Below are positions 18,300-27,671 of a DNA stretch of 37,547 bases, in pieces. The stretch is from Candidatus Nanoarchaeia archaeon (GTDB lineage Archaea; Nanobdellota; Nanobdellia; Woesearchaeales; DATDTY01), in NCBI GenBank assembly GCA_035290625.1, contig DATDTY010000013.1:1-37547 (forward strand), given 5' to 3'. Position numbers and translations under genes: made by a program. The notes beneath the pieces are model-generated. The model did not search any database, was not told the origin of the DNA, and saw only the letters and a program-made list of their open reading frames with translations. Positions within the stretch are counted from its first letter, which is position 1, and every line of letters begins with the position of its first letter.

Positions 18300-18674
18300 A
18301 TGGCAAGAAAAAGGGAGTCTCTTGGAGGGAGCCTAAAGAGTGAGCCCCCAACGCACATAAGCTTCAGTGCTTACCAGTATCAAAGGCTTGGATTCCTGGC
18401 TGCTTTTCTTTTTGCTGCTTTGGTTGTTGGAAGCTGGATCGGCAATATGGGTATGAATACAGGGGAGAACAGGATTGGGCTTGCGAGCGAGACTGCTATC
18501 CAGAAAGGGGATGTCGATGGAGACGGGAGCATCACACGGGAAGATGTTTACCTTGCATATGATATCGTCCAGGGAAGGGTCATTCCAACTGCTAGCCAAC
18601 GAAGAGCTGCTGACGCCAATGGAGATAACTCTGTGACCATAGAGGATGTAAGAATAATCTTTGGGAAAATCTAG
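18300..18674 (+). CDS. Membrane-anchored dockerin type I domain protein
   Basis: Duplicated Ca-binding motifs GDVDGDGSITREDV and ADANGDNSVTIEDV. N-terminal anchor is paralogous to that of 17221..18087. Confidence 0.85.
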   Translation: MARKRESLGGSLKSEPPTHISFSAYQYQRLGFLAAFLFAALVVGSWIGNMGMNTGENRIGLASETAIQKGDVDGDGSITREDVYLAYDIVQGRVIPTASQRRAADANGDNSVTIEDVRIIFGKI

Positions 18675-18700
18675 CTTTTATTGCTTTTTTAACGTTCTTT

Positions 18701-19288
18701 TTAACGATAACTCCTTTTTCTTTGCTTGCTTCTTTTACTAGGTTTTGCAATGTTTAGGAATTGATTGTGATGGCGGGGCTTTTCATAGAATGGAAGAATC
18801 TTCAGCAGGCGGGGTGCCCTGAGGATTGCCCGCAGCTGCGGCACCCTCTCAGAAAGCAGCAGAATAGCCCTGCTTCTGCTGACCTTCCCAACATTCTCTG
18901 CCTCCCGGATGAGCTTGGAGGTCTCTTTCTCGATCTCAACCCCGACATGCGCTATCCTCTGCGTCTCAACAATGGTTTCTGTGGAGAGCAACAGGACCAG
19001 AAAGTTCTCAATCAGGCGGAAGACAAGGAAAAAGGGGAACACAACAAGGATGTCCAGCCAATAGAGCCTGATAAACCTTGGAACGCGCCTGACGCGGTTG
19101 TATTTGAATGCCAAATCAACGACAAATACTGCAATAACAACGTAATCAATGGTATCCAGATATGCCCGATACGGGGCAGCCCTCTCATGAAAGCCAAGCT
19201 CAGCGACAATGACTCCAAGCAGCAGAAGGACGAGCCAGGGAATGCTTTTGTCTGTAATGATCTCCAGCTTATGCAGCCAAGGCTTCAT
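18701..19288 (-). CDS. Ion-transport (voltage-sensor-like S1-S4) membrane protein without a pore domain
   Basis: ATG 19288 with SD GAGGGAGG. S2-like DYVVIAVFVVDLAFKY, S3-like FIRLYWLDILVVFPF, basic S4-like LRAILRAPRLLKIL. No S5-P-S6. Confidence 0.6.
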   Translation of the reverse strand: MKPWLHKLEIITDKSIPWLVLLLLGVIVAELGFHERAAPYRAYLDTIDYVVIAVFVVDLAFKYNRVRRVPRFIRLYWLDILVVFPFFLVFRLIENFLVLLLSTETIVETQRIAHVGVEIEKETSKLIREAENVGKVSRSRAILLLSERVPQLRAILRAPRLLKILPFYEKPRHHNQFLNIAKPSKRSKQRKRSYR

Positions 19289-19405
19289 ACCTCCCTCTCT
19301 TGTTTTTTTGTATATTAATGTTGTGGTTGCCTGGCTCTGCCGTTTGAATGCCTCTCTCTGTGTGCATGGCAAAGCTATTTAAATCAAGAAGAACGCGATT
19401 CTGCT

Positions 19406-22400
19406 ATGACGAGAATCACCAAGCTTGTCGTCCACGGGTTCAAGTCCTTCGCGAACAGGACGGAGATTCCTTTTGGAGGCTCTGACTATAATGTGATCCT
19501 TGGGCCAAATGGGTCCGGAAAGAGCAATGTGCTCGACGCGATCTGCTTTGTTCTAGGAAAATCATCAAAAAAAGAGCTGCGGACTGAGAAATCTGCGCAT
19601 TTGATCTACAATGGGGGGAAATCGAAGGTGCCTGCATCGAAGGGTGAGGTCTCCATCTATTTTGAGAATTCGAAGAAAGAATTTCCTCTCGACACGGAAG
19701 AAGTCAGGGTAGGCAGGATTGTCAAGCAGAATGGCCAGAGCGTCTATAAGATTAATTCGCAGACACGAACGAGGGCTGAGGTGCTGGAGCTGCTTGCGAG
19801 GGCGAGGATTGACCCCGACGGATATAATATCATACTTCAGGGAGACATTGTGCGGTTTACTGAGATGCCGAGCATTGAGAGGAGGCAGATTATTGAGGAG
19901 ATTGCGGGAATCTCAATGTACGAGGACAGGAAGCTGAAGGCCCTCAGCGAGCTTTCGAACGTTGAGGGCAAGATCAAGGATGCTGAGCTCATCCTGAATG
20001 AGCGGAATACCTACCTGAAATCCCTGAAGGGCGAGCGGGACCAGGCGCTCAAGTACAAAGAGATGAATGACCAGATCCGCAGCCATGAGGCTTCGCTGCT
20101 CAAGATCCGGATTGACTCTGATGAGAACCAGAGGGGTATTGTTGAGAAGAGCGAAGCTAGCCTGCGGAAGCGCCTCGACAGCATCAATGATATGATTGCG
20201 CAGAAGAAGAAGAGCGATGACCAGAAGAAGGAAGAGATTTCCAGCATTTCCAGCGAGATCGAGGAGAAGGGGGAGATTGAGCAGATTCGGATCAGCAAGG
20301 AAATCGAGGCTATGAAGATCCAGATGGCAAAAGTGCAGATGCGCATTGACTCCGTCAGGGCTGAGGCTTCGAAGATCAGGAAGCGGGAAGAGGACCTGAA
20401 GAAGGATCTTGATGAAGCTGCAGGCAAAATCAAGGAACTGAATGAACATAAGGCTGATTTGGAGAAGCAAAGGAGCAGCGCAGAAAAGGAGAAGGAGCTG
20501 ATTGGGCAGAAGATCGCGAAGTTCAAGGAGAAGAACAAGATGGAGTCTGAGGGCAGCATCGAGAAGGAGATTGAAGAGACTGAGAAAAAATCCGAGGTGC
20601 TGCAGCAGAAGCTGAATGAAATGAAGGAAAAGGAGCACAGCCTGCTGAGGCAAAAGGACGGGCTGGAGCGGGAATACCAGAGCTTCGAGGAGCGCATGCA
20701 GAAGGTGGAGCAGCTGAAGAAGGAAAACCGGGAAAAGATGAATGCCCTCGAGGCGAAGAGGAGCGAGTTTAAGAAGGCCACGCTTGAGCTGAATAAATGC
20801 CTCGACTCAGATTCGCTGCTGGCATCGCAGATTGGGAGCAACCGGGAGAGATTGTTCCGCACTACCGAGGAACTGGCAAAGCTGAAGGCAAAGAGCATCA
20901 CTGCACGCGACTTTGCAAGCTCAGAGATTGCTGTAAGAAAAGTGCTTGAGCAGAAGGGGAAGATCCCTGGCATCTATGGCACGGTTGCCGAGCTTGGGAA
21001 TGTTGAAAAGAAGTTTAGCGTAAGCCTTGAGGTGGCAGCTGGCCCGCGGCTTCATTCGGTTGTTGTTGAGGATGATAAGGTTGCGGCAGATGCTATCCAG
21101 TTCCTGAAGAAGAACAAGTTTGGAACAGCCACGTTCCTTCCGCTGAATAAGATACGGCCTCCTGAAGAGCGTGTCAAAAAGCAAAAAGAGAAGGGTGTGC
21201 TTGGCCATGCCCTTGATCTTGTCACCTATGACCCAAAATACAGGAAGGTGTTTGAGTATGTCTTTGCCAATACCCTTGTCGTAGATACCATCGCAACTGC
21301 CAGGAACATCGGCATCGGGACTGCGAAGATGGTCAGCCTTGATGGCGACATTGCTGAGCTGTCAGGATTGATGCGCGGAGGGTTCAGGCTGAAGAGGAAG
21401 GAAGGCGGGTTCTCAGAGAAAGAATCGGAAAACCTGATCCTGGAGCGCGAGCGGAGCATTGCTGATTTCCAGAACACTCTGAAGGTCCTGGAGAAGCAGC
21501 GCAGGGAGAATGAAGAGAGGATCACTGCACTGCGCCAGCTGAAGGCGACGCTTGAGGGCCACATCATCAAGGAAGAGAAGAGCATGTATCTTGAGCACGA
21601 AGATATGGATGTTTCAGACAAAAAGATTGAAGAGCTGAAGAAGAGCATTGCAGATGCTGAGAAGAGCCTTGACAGCCTGCGTGGACAGAGCTCCAGCGTG
21701 CACGCAGAGCTGATGCAGCTGAAGGTGAAGAGATCGGAATTACGGACGCGAATCGGCATGCTGAGGGATCCTGTCCTGATTGCTGAGCTGCAGGCGTTCG
21801 AGGATCGGAAGAACCAGATCAGCGAGATGCTTTTGCTCAATGCGAATGAGGCCAAGAACATTGAAAATTCTGTCTCCTCGGTGTACATCCCTGAGCAGAC
21901 AAAGATTCAGAATGTGATGAAGCAGCTTGCGAAAGACGAGAGGGGGTTCAACGAAGAAGAGAAGAACCTGAAGATCCAGTACAAGAAGGATGAAGATGCT
22001 CTTCGCCAGAAAGAAAAAGCAGCCACCGAATTCTCAAAGAGATTCCGGCAGCTGTTTGAAAGGCGGAAGAAGATCGAAAACGAGATCCATGCAGATGAGG
22101 TTGAGATCGCGAAATACCTCGAGCAGAGCAGGGATCAGGAGATCAAGCTGAACACACACACCCTGAAGCTGGTTGAGATCAAGGCCAAGCTGAAGGATCT
22201 CCAGCATCAGTTTGAGAGGTATCATGGCGTTGAGATTGACACCAAGAAGTCTGAGGAGGAGCTCCAGAAGGAGATTGAGAAGTTCCAAAGGATGCAGCAG
22301 CAGATTGGGATGGTCAATATGCGGGCGCTGGAGATCTATGATGCGGCTGAGGCCGAGTATCAGTCGCTTATTGAGAAGAAGAACACCCTGGCGTCTGAGA

Positions 22401-22894
22401 AGGAGGATGTGCACCGCCTGATTGAGGAGATTGAGCAGAAAAAGAGTGACTTGCTCATGAGGACATTTGATTCTGTGAACGACCATTTCCAGAGGATATT
22501 CAAGCAGCTTTCAGTGGTTGGGGACGCGCATCTTGAGCTGGAAGACCCCAAGAACCCCTTTGAGGGAGGCGTGCAGATCCGGGTGAGGCTGAGCCAGAAT
22601 AAATATCTGGAGATACGGGGGCTTTCAGGCGGAGAGAAGACGATGACTGCCCTGGCATTGATCTTCGCGATTCAGGAGCATGATCCTGCGTCTTTTTACG
22701 TGTTCGATGAGGTTGATGCTTCGCTCGACAAAAAGAATTCTGAGATGTTTGCCAAGCTGATACGGGCATACTCAAAACGGGCCCAGTATGTCATCATCTC
22801 ACATAATGATTATGTGATCTCGGAAGGGTCACACCTGTTCGGAGTCTCAAAAGATGAGCACGGGATTACGAATGTGGTGAGCCTCAAGATTTGA
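19406..22894 (+). CDS. smc: Chromosome segregation protein SMC
   Basis: GFKSFA, Walker A GPNGSGKSN, Q-loop ILQGDI, hinge GIYGTVAELG..GTATFLPLNKI..GLMRGG, signature LSGGEK, Walker B FDEVDASLD, and long coiled coils. Confidence 0.98.
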   Translation: MTRITKLVVHGFKSFANRTEIPFGGSDYNVILGPNGSGKSNVLDAICFVLGKSSKKELRTEKSAHLIYNGGKSKVPASKGEVSIYFENSKKEFPLDTEEVRVGRIVKQNGQSVYKINSQTRTRAEVLELLARARIDPDGYNIILQGDIVRFTEMPSIERRQIIEEIAGISMYEDRKLKALSELSNVEGKIKDAELILNERNTYLKSLKGERDQALKYKEMNDQIRSHEASLLKIRIDSDENQRGIVEKSEASLRKRLDSINDMIAQKKKSDDQKKEEISSISSEIEEKGEIEQIRISKEIEAMKIQMAKVQMRIDSVRAEASKIRKREEDLKKDLDEAAGKIKELNEHKADLEKQRSSAEKEKELIGQKIAKFKEKNKMESEGSIEKEIEETEKKSEVLQQKLNEMKEKEHSLLRQKDGLEREYQSFEERMQKVEQLKKENREKMNALEAKRSEFKKATLELNKCLDSDSLLASQIGSNRERLFRTTEELAKLKAKSITARDFASSEIAVRKVLEQKGKIPGIYGTVAELGNVEKKFSVSLEVAAGPRLHSVVVEDDKVAADAIQFLKKNKFGTATFLPLNKIRPPEERVKKQKEKGVLGHALDLVTYDPKYRKVFEYVFANTLVVDTIATARNIGIGTAKMVSLDGDIAELSGLMRGGFRLKRKEGGFSEKESENLILERERSIADFQNTLKVLEKQRRENEERITALRQLKATLEGHIIKEEKSMYLEHEDMDVSDKKIEELKKSIADAEKSLDSLRGQSSSVHAELMQLKVKRSELRTRIGMLRDPVLIAELQAFEDRKNQISEMLLLNANEAKNIENSVSSVYIPEQTKIQNVMKQLAKDERGFNEEEKNLKIQYKKDEDALRQKEKAATEFSKRFRQLFERRKKIENEIHADEVEIAKYLEQSRDQEIKLNTHTLKLVEIKAKLKDLQHQFERYHGVEIDTKKSEEELQKEIEKFQRMQQQIGMVNMRALEIYDAAEAEYQSLIEKKNTLASEKEDVHRLIEEIEQKKSDLLMRTFDSVNDHFQRIFKQLSVVGDAHLELEDPKNPFEGGVQIRVRLSQNKYLEIRGLSGGEKTMTALALIFAIQEHDPASFYVFDEVDASLDKKNSEMFAKLIRAYSKRAQYVIISHNDYVISEGSHLFGVSKDEHGITNVVSLKI

Positions 22895-22904
22895 ACATTG
22901 CGGA

Positions 22905-23061
22905 GGCTCCGGTGAAAATCTTTTCAAGGTTGCCGTCGGTTCGGCTGTGCAAGTGATGGGAATGACCGACATTCCCCGTAAGGGACATCCCCCTTGTCGG
23001 TTTGGCATCTTTACGTTTAAGAGCCTCACGAATTGACGGCAACGCCATTTTCACAGGAGCC
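22905..23061. repeat. Dispersed structured element, copy B (MITE-like or ncRNA)
   Basis: GGCTCCGGTGAAAAT / ATTTTCACAGGAGCC termini. Inner stems GTTGCCGTC/GACGGCAAC, GGTTC/GAGCC and GACCGACA/TGTCGGTT. Lies between convergent genes. Confidence 0.75.
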
Positions 23062-23135
23062 CATCAGGGATAGGCAACTCGAGCACATCAGCAGGTCTTG
23101 GGCTGATTATCCTGCTCATCCTGCCACCATTGCGA

Positions 23136-24341
23136 TTACTCATACCGCAATGCCTCCACCGGAGGAAGCTTCGCGGCCTGATATGCGGGGAGGGCTCCGG
23201 CAATCGCGCCTACAAGGAACGCAAAAAGAATCAGGCTTACCGTGAGGTACCAGGGAAAGACCGGCTTGAGGATAGCGTAGCCATACGCTGAAGCTATGTT
23301 CCCTGCTGCGGCAGAGATCAGGTAGCCAAGGAGAACTCCGATGATGCCGCCGACTGCGCCCAGAAACCCTGCCTCAAAGATAAAGATAATGCCTATGTCT
23401 GCGTTCCTTGCCCCTATTGCCTTCATGACCCCGATTTCCTTTGTGCGCTCCAAAACAGCAGTATACATTGTGTTCATGATATTGACAGACGCTACGATAA
23501 GAGAGATGCATGCAATAAGGACGAGCACGGCATTGATGATAATGATGATTGTCCCAAAGGTTGCCAGCACATCCTCAAAAGTCTGGATATAGAAATCTTC
23601 CTTGTCCTTGTCCTGGCCCTTGAATTTCCTGAGCTTTTCCCTGATCTTATCGGCAAGGTCTGCTGTTGCAGTTCCATCTGCCCTGATCATGGCATAGCCG
23701 AACTTGTCCTTTGTATCGTAGAGAAGCTCCATCTGGCGTTTGGTGACATAGATATTTGAGTCGTCCTGGGGATTCCCAATCTCCTCATAAAAACCGATGA
23801 CCTCAAAGGGCTGCCCGTTAATCTTCACCTTGTCGCCGAGGCTGATTCCGGACCTGAAGATGCTTTCCGGGATTTGGTAGTTGTAGCCAAGGATGGCCTT
23901 GCCTAACTCGCCTTTCTTGAATTCCCTTCCGCTGCTTACCTGAACTGTAAAGACCTCAGTGATGAACCTCTGCTTCTCGGGATTGATGCCTATCAGAAAG
24001 CGGAATTTCTTCTCATCCTTGAATTCAAGCTCGCCTGCTTTGGTATAGATGCCTTCGACTTCGTCAATTCCCTGGATCTTTCCGATGAAGTCAAGATCGT
24101 CCTGGGAAAGGAAAAACGTCGTGTCAATGCCTGGGGCTCCGGTTCCCTTTGCCTGGATGAAGAGCTTGTCCCTGCCTGCCTGGTCTGCCAAGGTGTCAAC
24201 ATACTTTTGGATGCCCAGCCCGAAGCTCACCAAAGAGAAGATTGCGGCAATCCCGATGAGGATGGAAAGGACTGTGAGCCAGCTGCGCATTTTCCGATGG
24301 AGGAGGCTTTGAATGGAGTATTTGATTTCATCAGGGTTCAT
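23136..24341 (-). CDS. ABC transporter permease, MacB/FtsX-like
   Basis: RSWLTVLSILIGIAA, large extracellular domain, IMNTMYTAVLERTKEIGVMKAIGA, and C-terminal PVEALRYE. Confidence 0.95.
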   Translation of the reverse strand: MNPDEIKYSIQSLLHRKMRSWLTVLSILIGIAAIFSLVSFGLGIQKYVDTLADQAGRDKLFIQAKGTGAPGIDTTFFLSQDDLDFIGKIQGIDEVEGIYTKAGELEFKDEKKFRFLIGINPEKQRFITEVFTVQVSSGREFKKGELGKAILGYNYQIPESIFRSGISLGDKVKINGQPFEVIGFYEEIGNPQDDSNIYVTKRQMELLYDTKDKFGYAMIRADGTATADLADKIREKLRKFKGQDKDKEDFYIQTFEDVLATFGTIIIIINAVLVLIACISLIVASVNIMNTMYTAVLERTKEIGVMKAIGARNADIGIIFIFEAGFLGAVGGIIGVLLGYLISAAAGNIASAYGYAILKPVFPWYLTVSLILFAFLVGAIAGALPAYQAAKLPPVEALRYE

Positions 24342-25564
24342 TTTGCATACCTCAATGCTTCAACCGGCTGCATACGGGATGCCTGGTAGGCTGGAAGCAG
24401 GCCAGCAGCAAGACCTACAAGGAATGAGAAGAGGAGGGAGCCTATGACCAGAAATGGAGTAACTCTGGCTTGGAGGAGATCTGACCCTACTGCGAGGCTT
24501 CCCAGGAAAGCAAGGCCGTAGGCAAACGAAATCCCAAAGAGGACGCCAACAATGCCGCCCACCATGCCGAGGAAGCCTGACTCTATCGAGAAGAGTATGA
24601 AGATGACCTTGTTCTTCGCGCCGATGGACTTCATAATGCCGATTTCCTTTGTGCGCTCCAAAACAGCAGTATACATTGTGTTCATGATGCCGATCCCGCC
24701 CACAAGCAGGGAGATTGAAGCAATGATGTAGATGAAAAGCTGGACAGCAAACAGCGTGGAGTTCAGGGTTTCCAGGATGTTCTGCGGGCTCTGGACCTCA
24801 AAGTCCTCTTCCCCTTTTTTGACATCGCGCTCCTTCCGGAGGAGCTTTTCAATATCCTCTTTTACTGTAAGTATGGCGTTTTCGTCCTTTACCTTCACAC
24901 CAATGACGTTTACTGTTCCGTCATCACCGAAATCCTCCAGAAGGGTGTCCTCGTTGACAACAAGAGCATTGTCCAGGATAAAGCTCCCTTTTTTTTCAAG
25001 GATGCCAATAACCTCATACGGGATTCCATTAAGCAGGACTGCGTCCCCTGTCCGGATCCCTGCTCTTCCCCAGACTTCTGGATCCTGGAAGTTGCTGCCG
25101 ATAAACACCTTGGCCTTGTCGCCATCTTTAAGCAGCCTTCCTGCTGAAGCTTCCAGATTGAGCATCCCCTCCACAATCTTCCGGTTTTCCTTTGAGGGCA
25201 TGGAAACCAGGCTGACAATCTCCTGGCGCCTATTGAATTCCAGCGTGGCTGTCCTGAGGTATCGGTTTATGGACGCCTCTACGCCGTCGATCCTTCCAAT
25301 CTTCTCAGCAAGATCATCGCTCAGGGGCGTGGCAACTGCAGTTCCTGGCGGGCCTGCAAAATTGATGCCTGATGCCTGGACGCTCAGGACATCTGATCCC
25401 AGGAAGCCGAATTGGGAAGTGACTGCAGCCCTCAGCCCTTCTCCAAGACCGATAAGGCTTACAATGGCTGCAATGCCGATGAAGATGCCAATCATGGTGA
25501 GCCAGCTTCTGAGCTTCCGCTTAATCAGATTCTTAAGAGAAATATAGATATAATCCCGAATCAT
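24338..25564 (-). CDS. ABC transporter permease, MacB/FtsX-like
   Basis: RSWLTMIGIFIGIAA, GGIGIMNTMYTAVLERTKEIGIMKSIGA, PVEALRY. Confidence 0.95.
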   Translation of the reverse strand: MIRDYIYISLKNLIKRKLRSWLTMIGIFIGIAAIVSLIGLGEGLRAAVTSQFGFLGSDVLSVQASGINFAGPPGTAVATPLSDDLAEKIGRIDGVEASINRYLRTATLEFNRRQEIVSLVSMPSKENRKIVEGMLNLEASAGRLLKDGDKAKVFIGSNFQDPEVWGRAGIRTGDAVLLNGIPYEVIGILEKKGSFILDNALVVNEDTLLEDFGDDGTVNVIGVKVKDENAILTVKEDIEKLLRKERDVKKGEEDFEVQSPQNILETLNSTLFAVQLFIYIIASISLLVGGIGIMNTMYTAVLERTKEIGIMKSIGAKNKVIFILFSIESGFLGMVGGIVGVLFGISFAYGLAFLGSLAVGSDLLQARVTPFLVIGSLLFSFLVGLAAGLLPAYQASRMQPVEALRYAK

Positions 25565-26916
25565 TTTTTGCGTTTTCTATAGGCATAGACCCCGGCTGCT
25601 GCCAGGGCCAAGACAATGAGGATGCCGATAAGGGGATTGCTCTTCTTGAAGCCGAGCTTTTTCAGCTCTGAAGTTGAGTAGAGCGTAAGAGGAACAAGGA
25701 TGTCTTGCGTGTATGCCTTATTGTTTGCATCCTTATATACAAGATGCAATGGCAGGGCCACCTGCTTTTGAGCTGCGCCTACATACAGGTCAAATTCTGC
25801 TGTCTCATAGTCATCTGAATCAATGTGGCCAACATAGACCTCAGGGGAAGAGAGCAGGGTTACTGCGGTATCGGGCTCGAGATAGATGCTGAGGAACTTG
25901 ATATCAGTAACTCCCCTGTTGACAATGCGCACAGCCACGGTTCCCTTTGACTTCCCGCTTTTGATCTCTGAGGAGTCAAGGGTGACGCTCAGGTCGGGTA
26001 TATCCCCTATCCTCAAGCCGATAGTTGCATTTCTCTCGTAATGCGTTCCTGAGTTGTCATCATAGTTAAGGAAGACGGGTATCTTTACGATTCCGGCTTT
26101 CGCGTCTGATTCTGCAGCAAGGGTGAAGTTGAGCTGGCTGAAGGAGCGCCTGTCCAGGATGGCTATTGCCTTTTCGTTTGATGAATCCAAAGGCACAAGC
26201 GGAGTGCCCTTAAGGTCAAGGGTTGCGCGGATGTTCCGCAAGGGAGAGTCAGCAAGGTTGTGGAGAGTAATCGAGACTGCTGAAGCCTCGCCTGGCCTGA
26301 TGCTGGCTGGCCTGGCAAGGGCAGATTCGATCAGCAGTATGGCGTCTCTGGTCTTGATACGGACGAGATATGGATCGAGAGTAATCCAGCTCTTTCCATT
26401 ATCAGCTGAATAGCGAAGCCTGATCTGATTATCACCTTCCACTGCATCAAGGTCCACCTTGAGCTTCCAGAAGACAATAATTCCTTTCTCTCCTATTTGC
26501 CTTCCGTTGAGGGAGCCTATCTTTTTTGCAGCAGAGTCTCCGGGCAGCAGGGAGAAGGGATGTTCAGGGAGGAGTTCTACCCAGATATTCTCTGTCTTGG
26601 TTGAGCCGAAATTCTCAACTTTCCATCTGAGTTCAACATACTCGCCTGGCTCAACAGGGTCAGGAATCTGGTTGACGAAGGTGTGGTCTACGTTACTCCT
26701 GTTGATGTCGCTTTTGTTCGAAAAAGTGATTAGAGGGGAATCCAGTTCAGTGATGCCGCGTTCTTTTACAGTTGTGGGAAGGTCTGCTGCAACAATGAGC
26801 GCCAGAGACGCCAGAGAAGCAATCCCGGCAATCACCAAGAAGGCGATGAAGAGGATAGGCACAAAAAAGAGGGATAGAGATTGAAGAGGAGTCTTAGATT
26901 GAAAAGAGTTCTTCAT
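25561..26916 (-). CDS. COG1361 S-layer-domain protein
   Basis: PDPVEPGEYVELRWKVENFG, YVGHIDSDDYETAEF, YKDANNK, and a C-terminal TM helix with RKRKK. Usual partner of archaeal MacB-like ABC clusters. Confidence 0.85.
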   Translation of the reverse strand: MKNSFQSKTPLQSLSLFFVPILFIAFLVIAGIASLASLALIVAADLPTTVKERGITELDSPLITFSNKSDINRSNVDHTFVNQIPDPVEPGEYVELRWKVENFGSTKTENIWVELLPEHPFSLLPGDSAAKKIGSLNGRQIGEKGIIVFWKLKVDLDAVEGDNQIRLRYSADNGKSWITLDPYLVRIKTRDAILLIESALARPASIRPGEASAVSITLHNLADSPLRNIRATLDLKGTPLVPLDSSNEKAIAILDRRSFSQLNFTLAAESDAKAGIVKIPVFLNYDDNSGTHYERNATIGLRIGDIPDLSVTLDSSEIKSGKSKGTVAVRIVNRGVTDIKFLSIYLEPDTAVTLLSSPEVYVGHIDSDDYETAEFDLYVGAAQKQVALPLHLVYKDANNKAYTQDILVPLTLYSTSELKKLGFKKSNPLIGILIVLALAAAGVYAYRKRKK

Positions 26917-26940
26917 GTGGATTCCACCAATGCTTATTGT

Positions 26941-27630
26941 TTATAAATGTTTCACAATCTGCCCGTCTTTGATGTGAGTGATACGCTGGGCTATCCTTGC
27001 GAGATGGGGGTCATGTGTGACCATCACGACTGTCTTTTTCTCTTTCTTATTAAGCTGCTTAAGGAACTCTATGACAGTATCGCCTGTCTTGGTGTCTAAG
27101 TTTCCTGTAGGCTCATCTGCAAGGATCACGTCAGGGTCGTTCGCAAGAGACCGGGCAATTGCAACGCGCTGCTGCTGCCCGCCTGAAAGCTCAGCAGGCC
27201 TATGGCTCATGCGATCACCCAAGTCGACAAGAGTGAGCAGCTCTTTTGCCCTGGACAGGCGGGTTTCGCGAGGCACAGCCTGGAAAATCATCGGGAGCGC
27301 CACATTTTCAAGGGCTGAGAGCGCCGGGATGAGATTGAACTGCTGGAAGATGAAGCCTATCTTCTTTCCCCTCACGGCTGCAAGATCAGATTCAGAGAGG
27401 CTTGAGATATCCTTTCCCTCCAGATAAATCCTTCCCCGGGTGGGGATGTCCAGGCAGCCTACCATATTGACCATTGTTGACTTTCCTGATCCTGAAGGGC
27501 CCATGATAGCCACAAATTCTCCTGTCCTGATGTCAAGTGAAACTCCTCTGAGGGCATGTACCTTGACCTCCCCCATACTATAGGTTTTCCAGACATCTTC
27601 GAGATGGATTACTTTGTTCATAGTGTTCAT
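26941..27630 (-). CDS. ABC transporter ATP-binding protein, LolD/SalX-like
   Basis: GPSGSGKST, IGFIFQQFNL, LSGGQQQRVAIAR, ILADEPTGNLD, VTHD. Confidence 0.97.
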   Translation of the reverse strand: MNTMNKVIHLEDVWKTYSMGEVKVHALRGVSLDIRTGEFVAIMGPSGSGKSTMVNMVGCLDIPTRGRIYLEGKDISSLSESDLAAVRGKKIGFIFQQFNLIPALSALENVALPMIFQAVPRETRLSRAKELLTLVDLGDRMSHRPAELSGGQQQRVAIARSLANDPDVILADEPTGNLDTKTGDTVIEFLKQLNKKEKKTVVMVTHDPHLARIAQRITHIKDGQIVKHL

Positions 27631-27671
27631 AGCACAGAAAAACTTTTAAAGTGTGCCCAGGTTCTTAAGGT

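Noticed and set aside
19913..22486. Long antisense ORFs inside smc (similar ones occur in the ABC genes and ppsA)
   Set aside because: These are shadow frames produced by codon bias of the real genes, with low-complexity S/F/L translations.
19406..22894. SMC as part of a Wadjet or other defence system; absence of adjacent scpA/scpB
   Set aside because: It is a canonical housekeeping SMC with a standard hinge and no jet-like neighbours. The kleisin gene can be unlinked.
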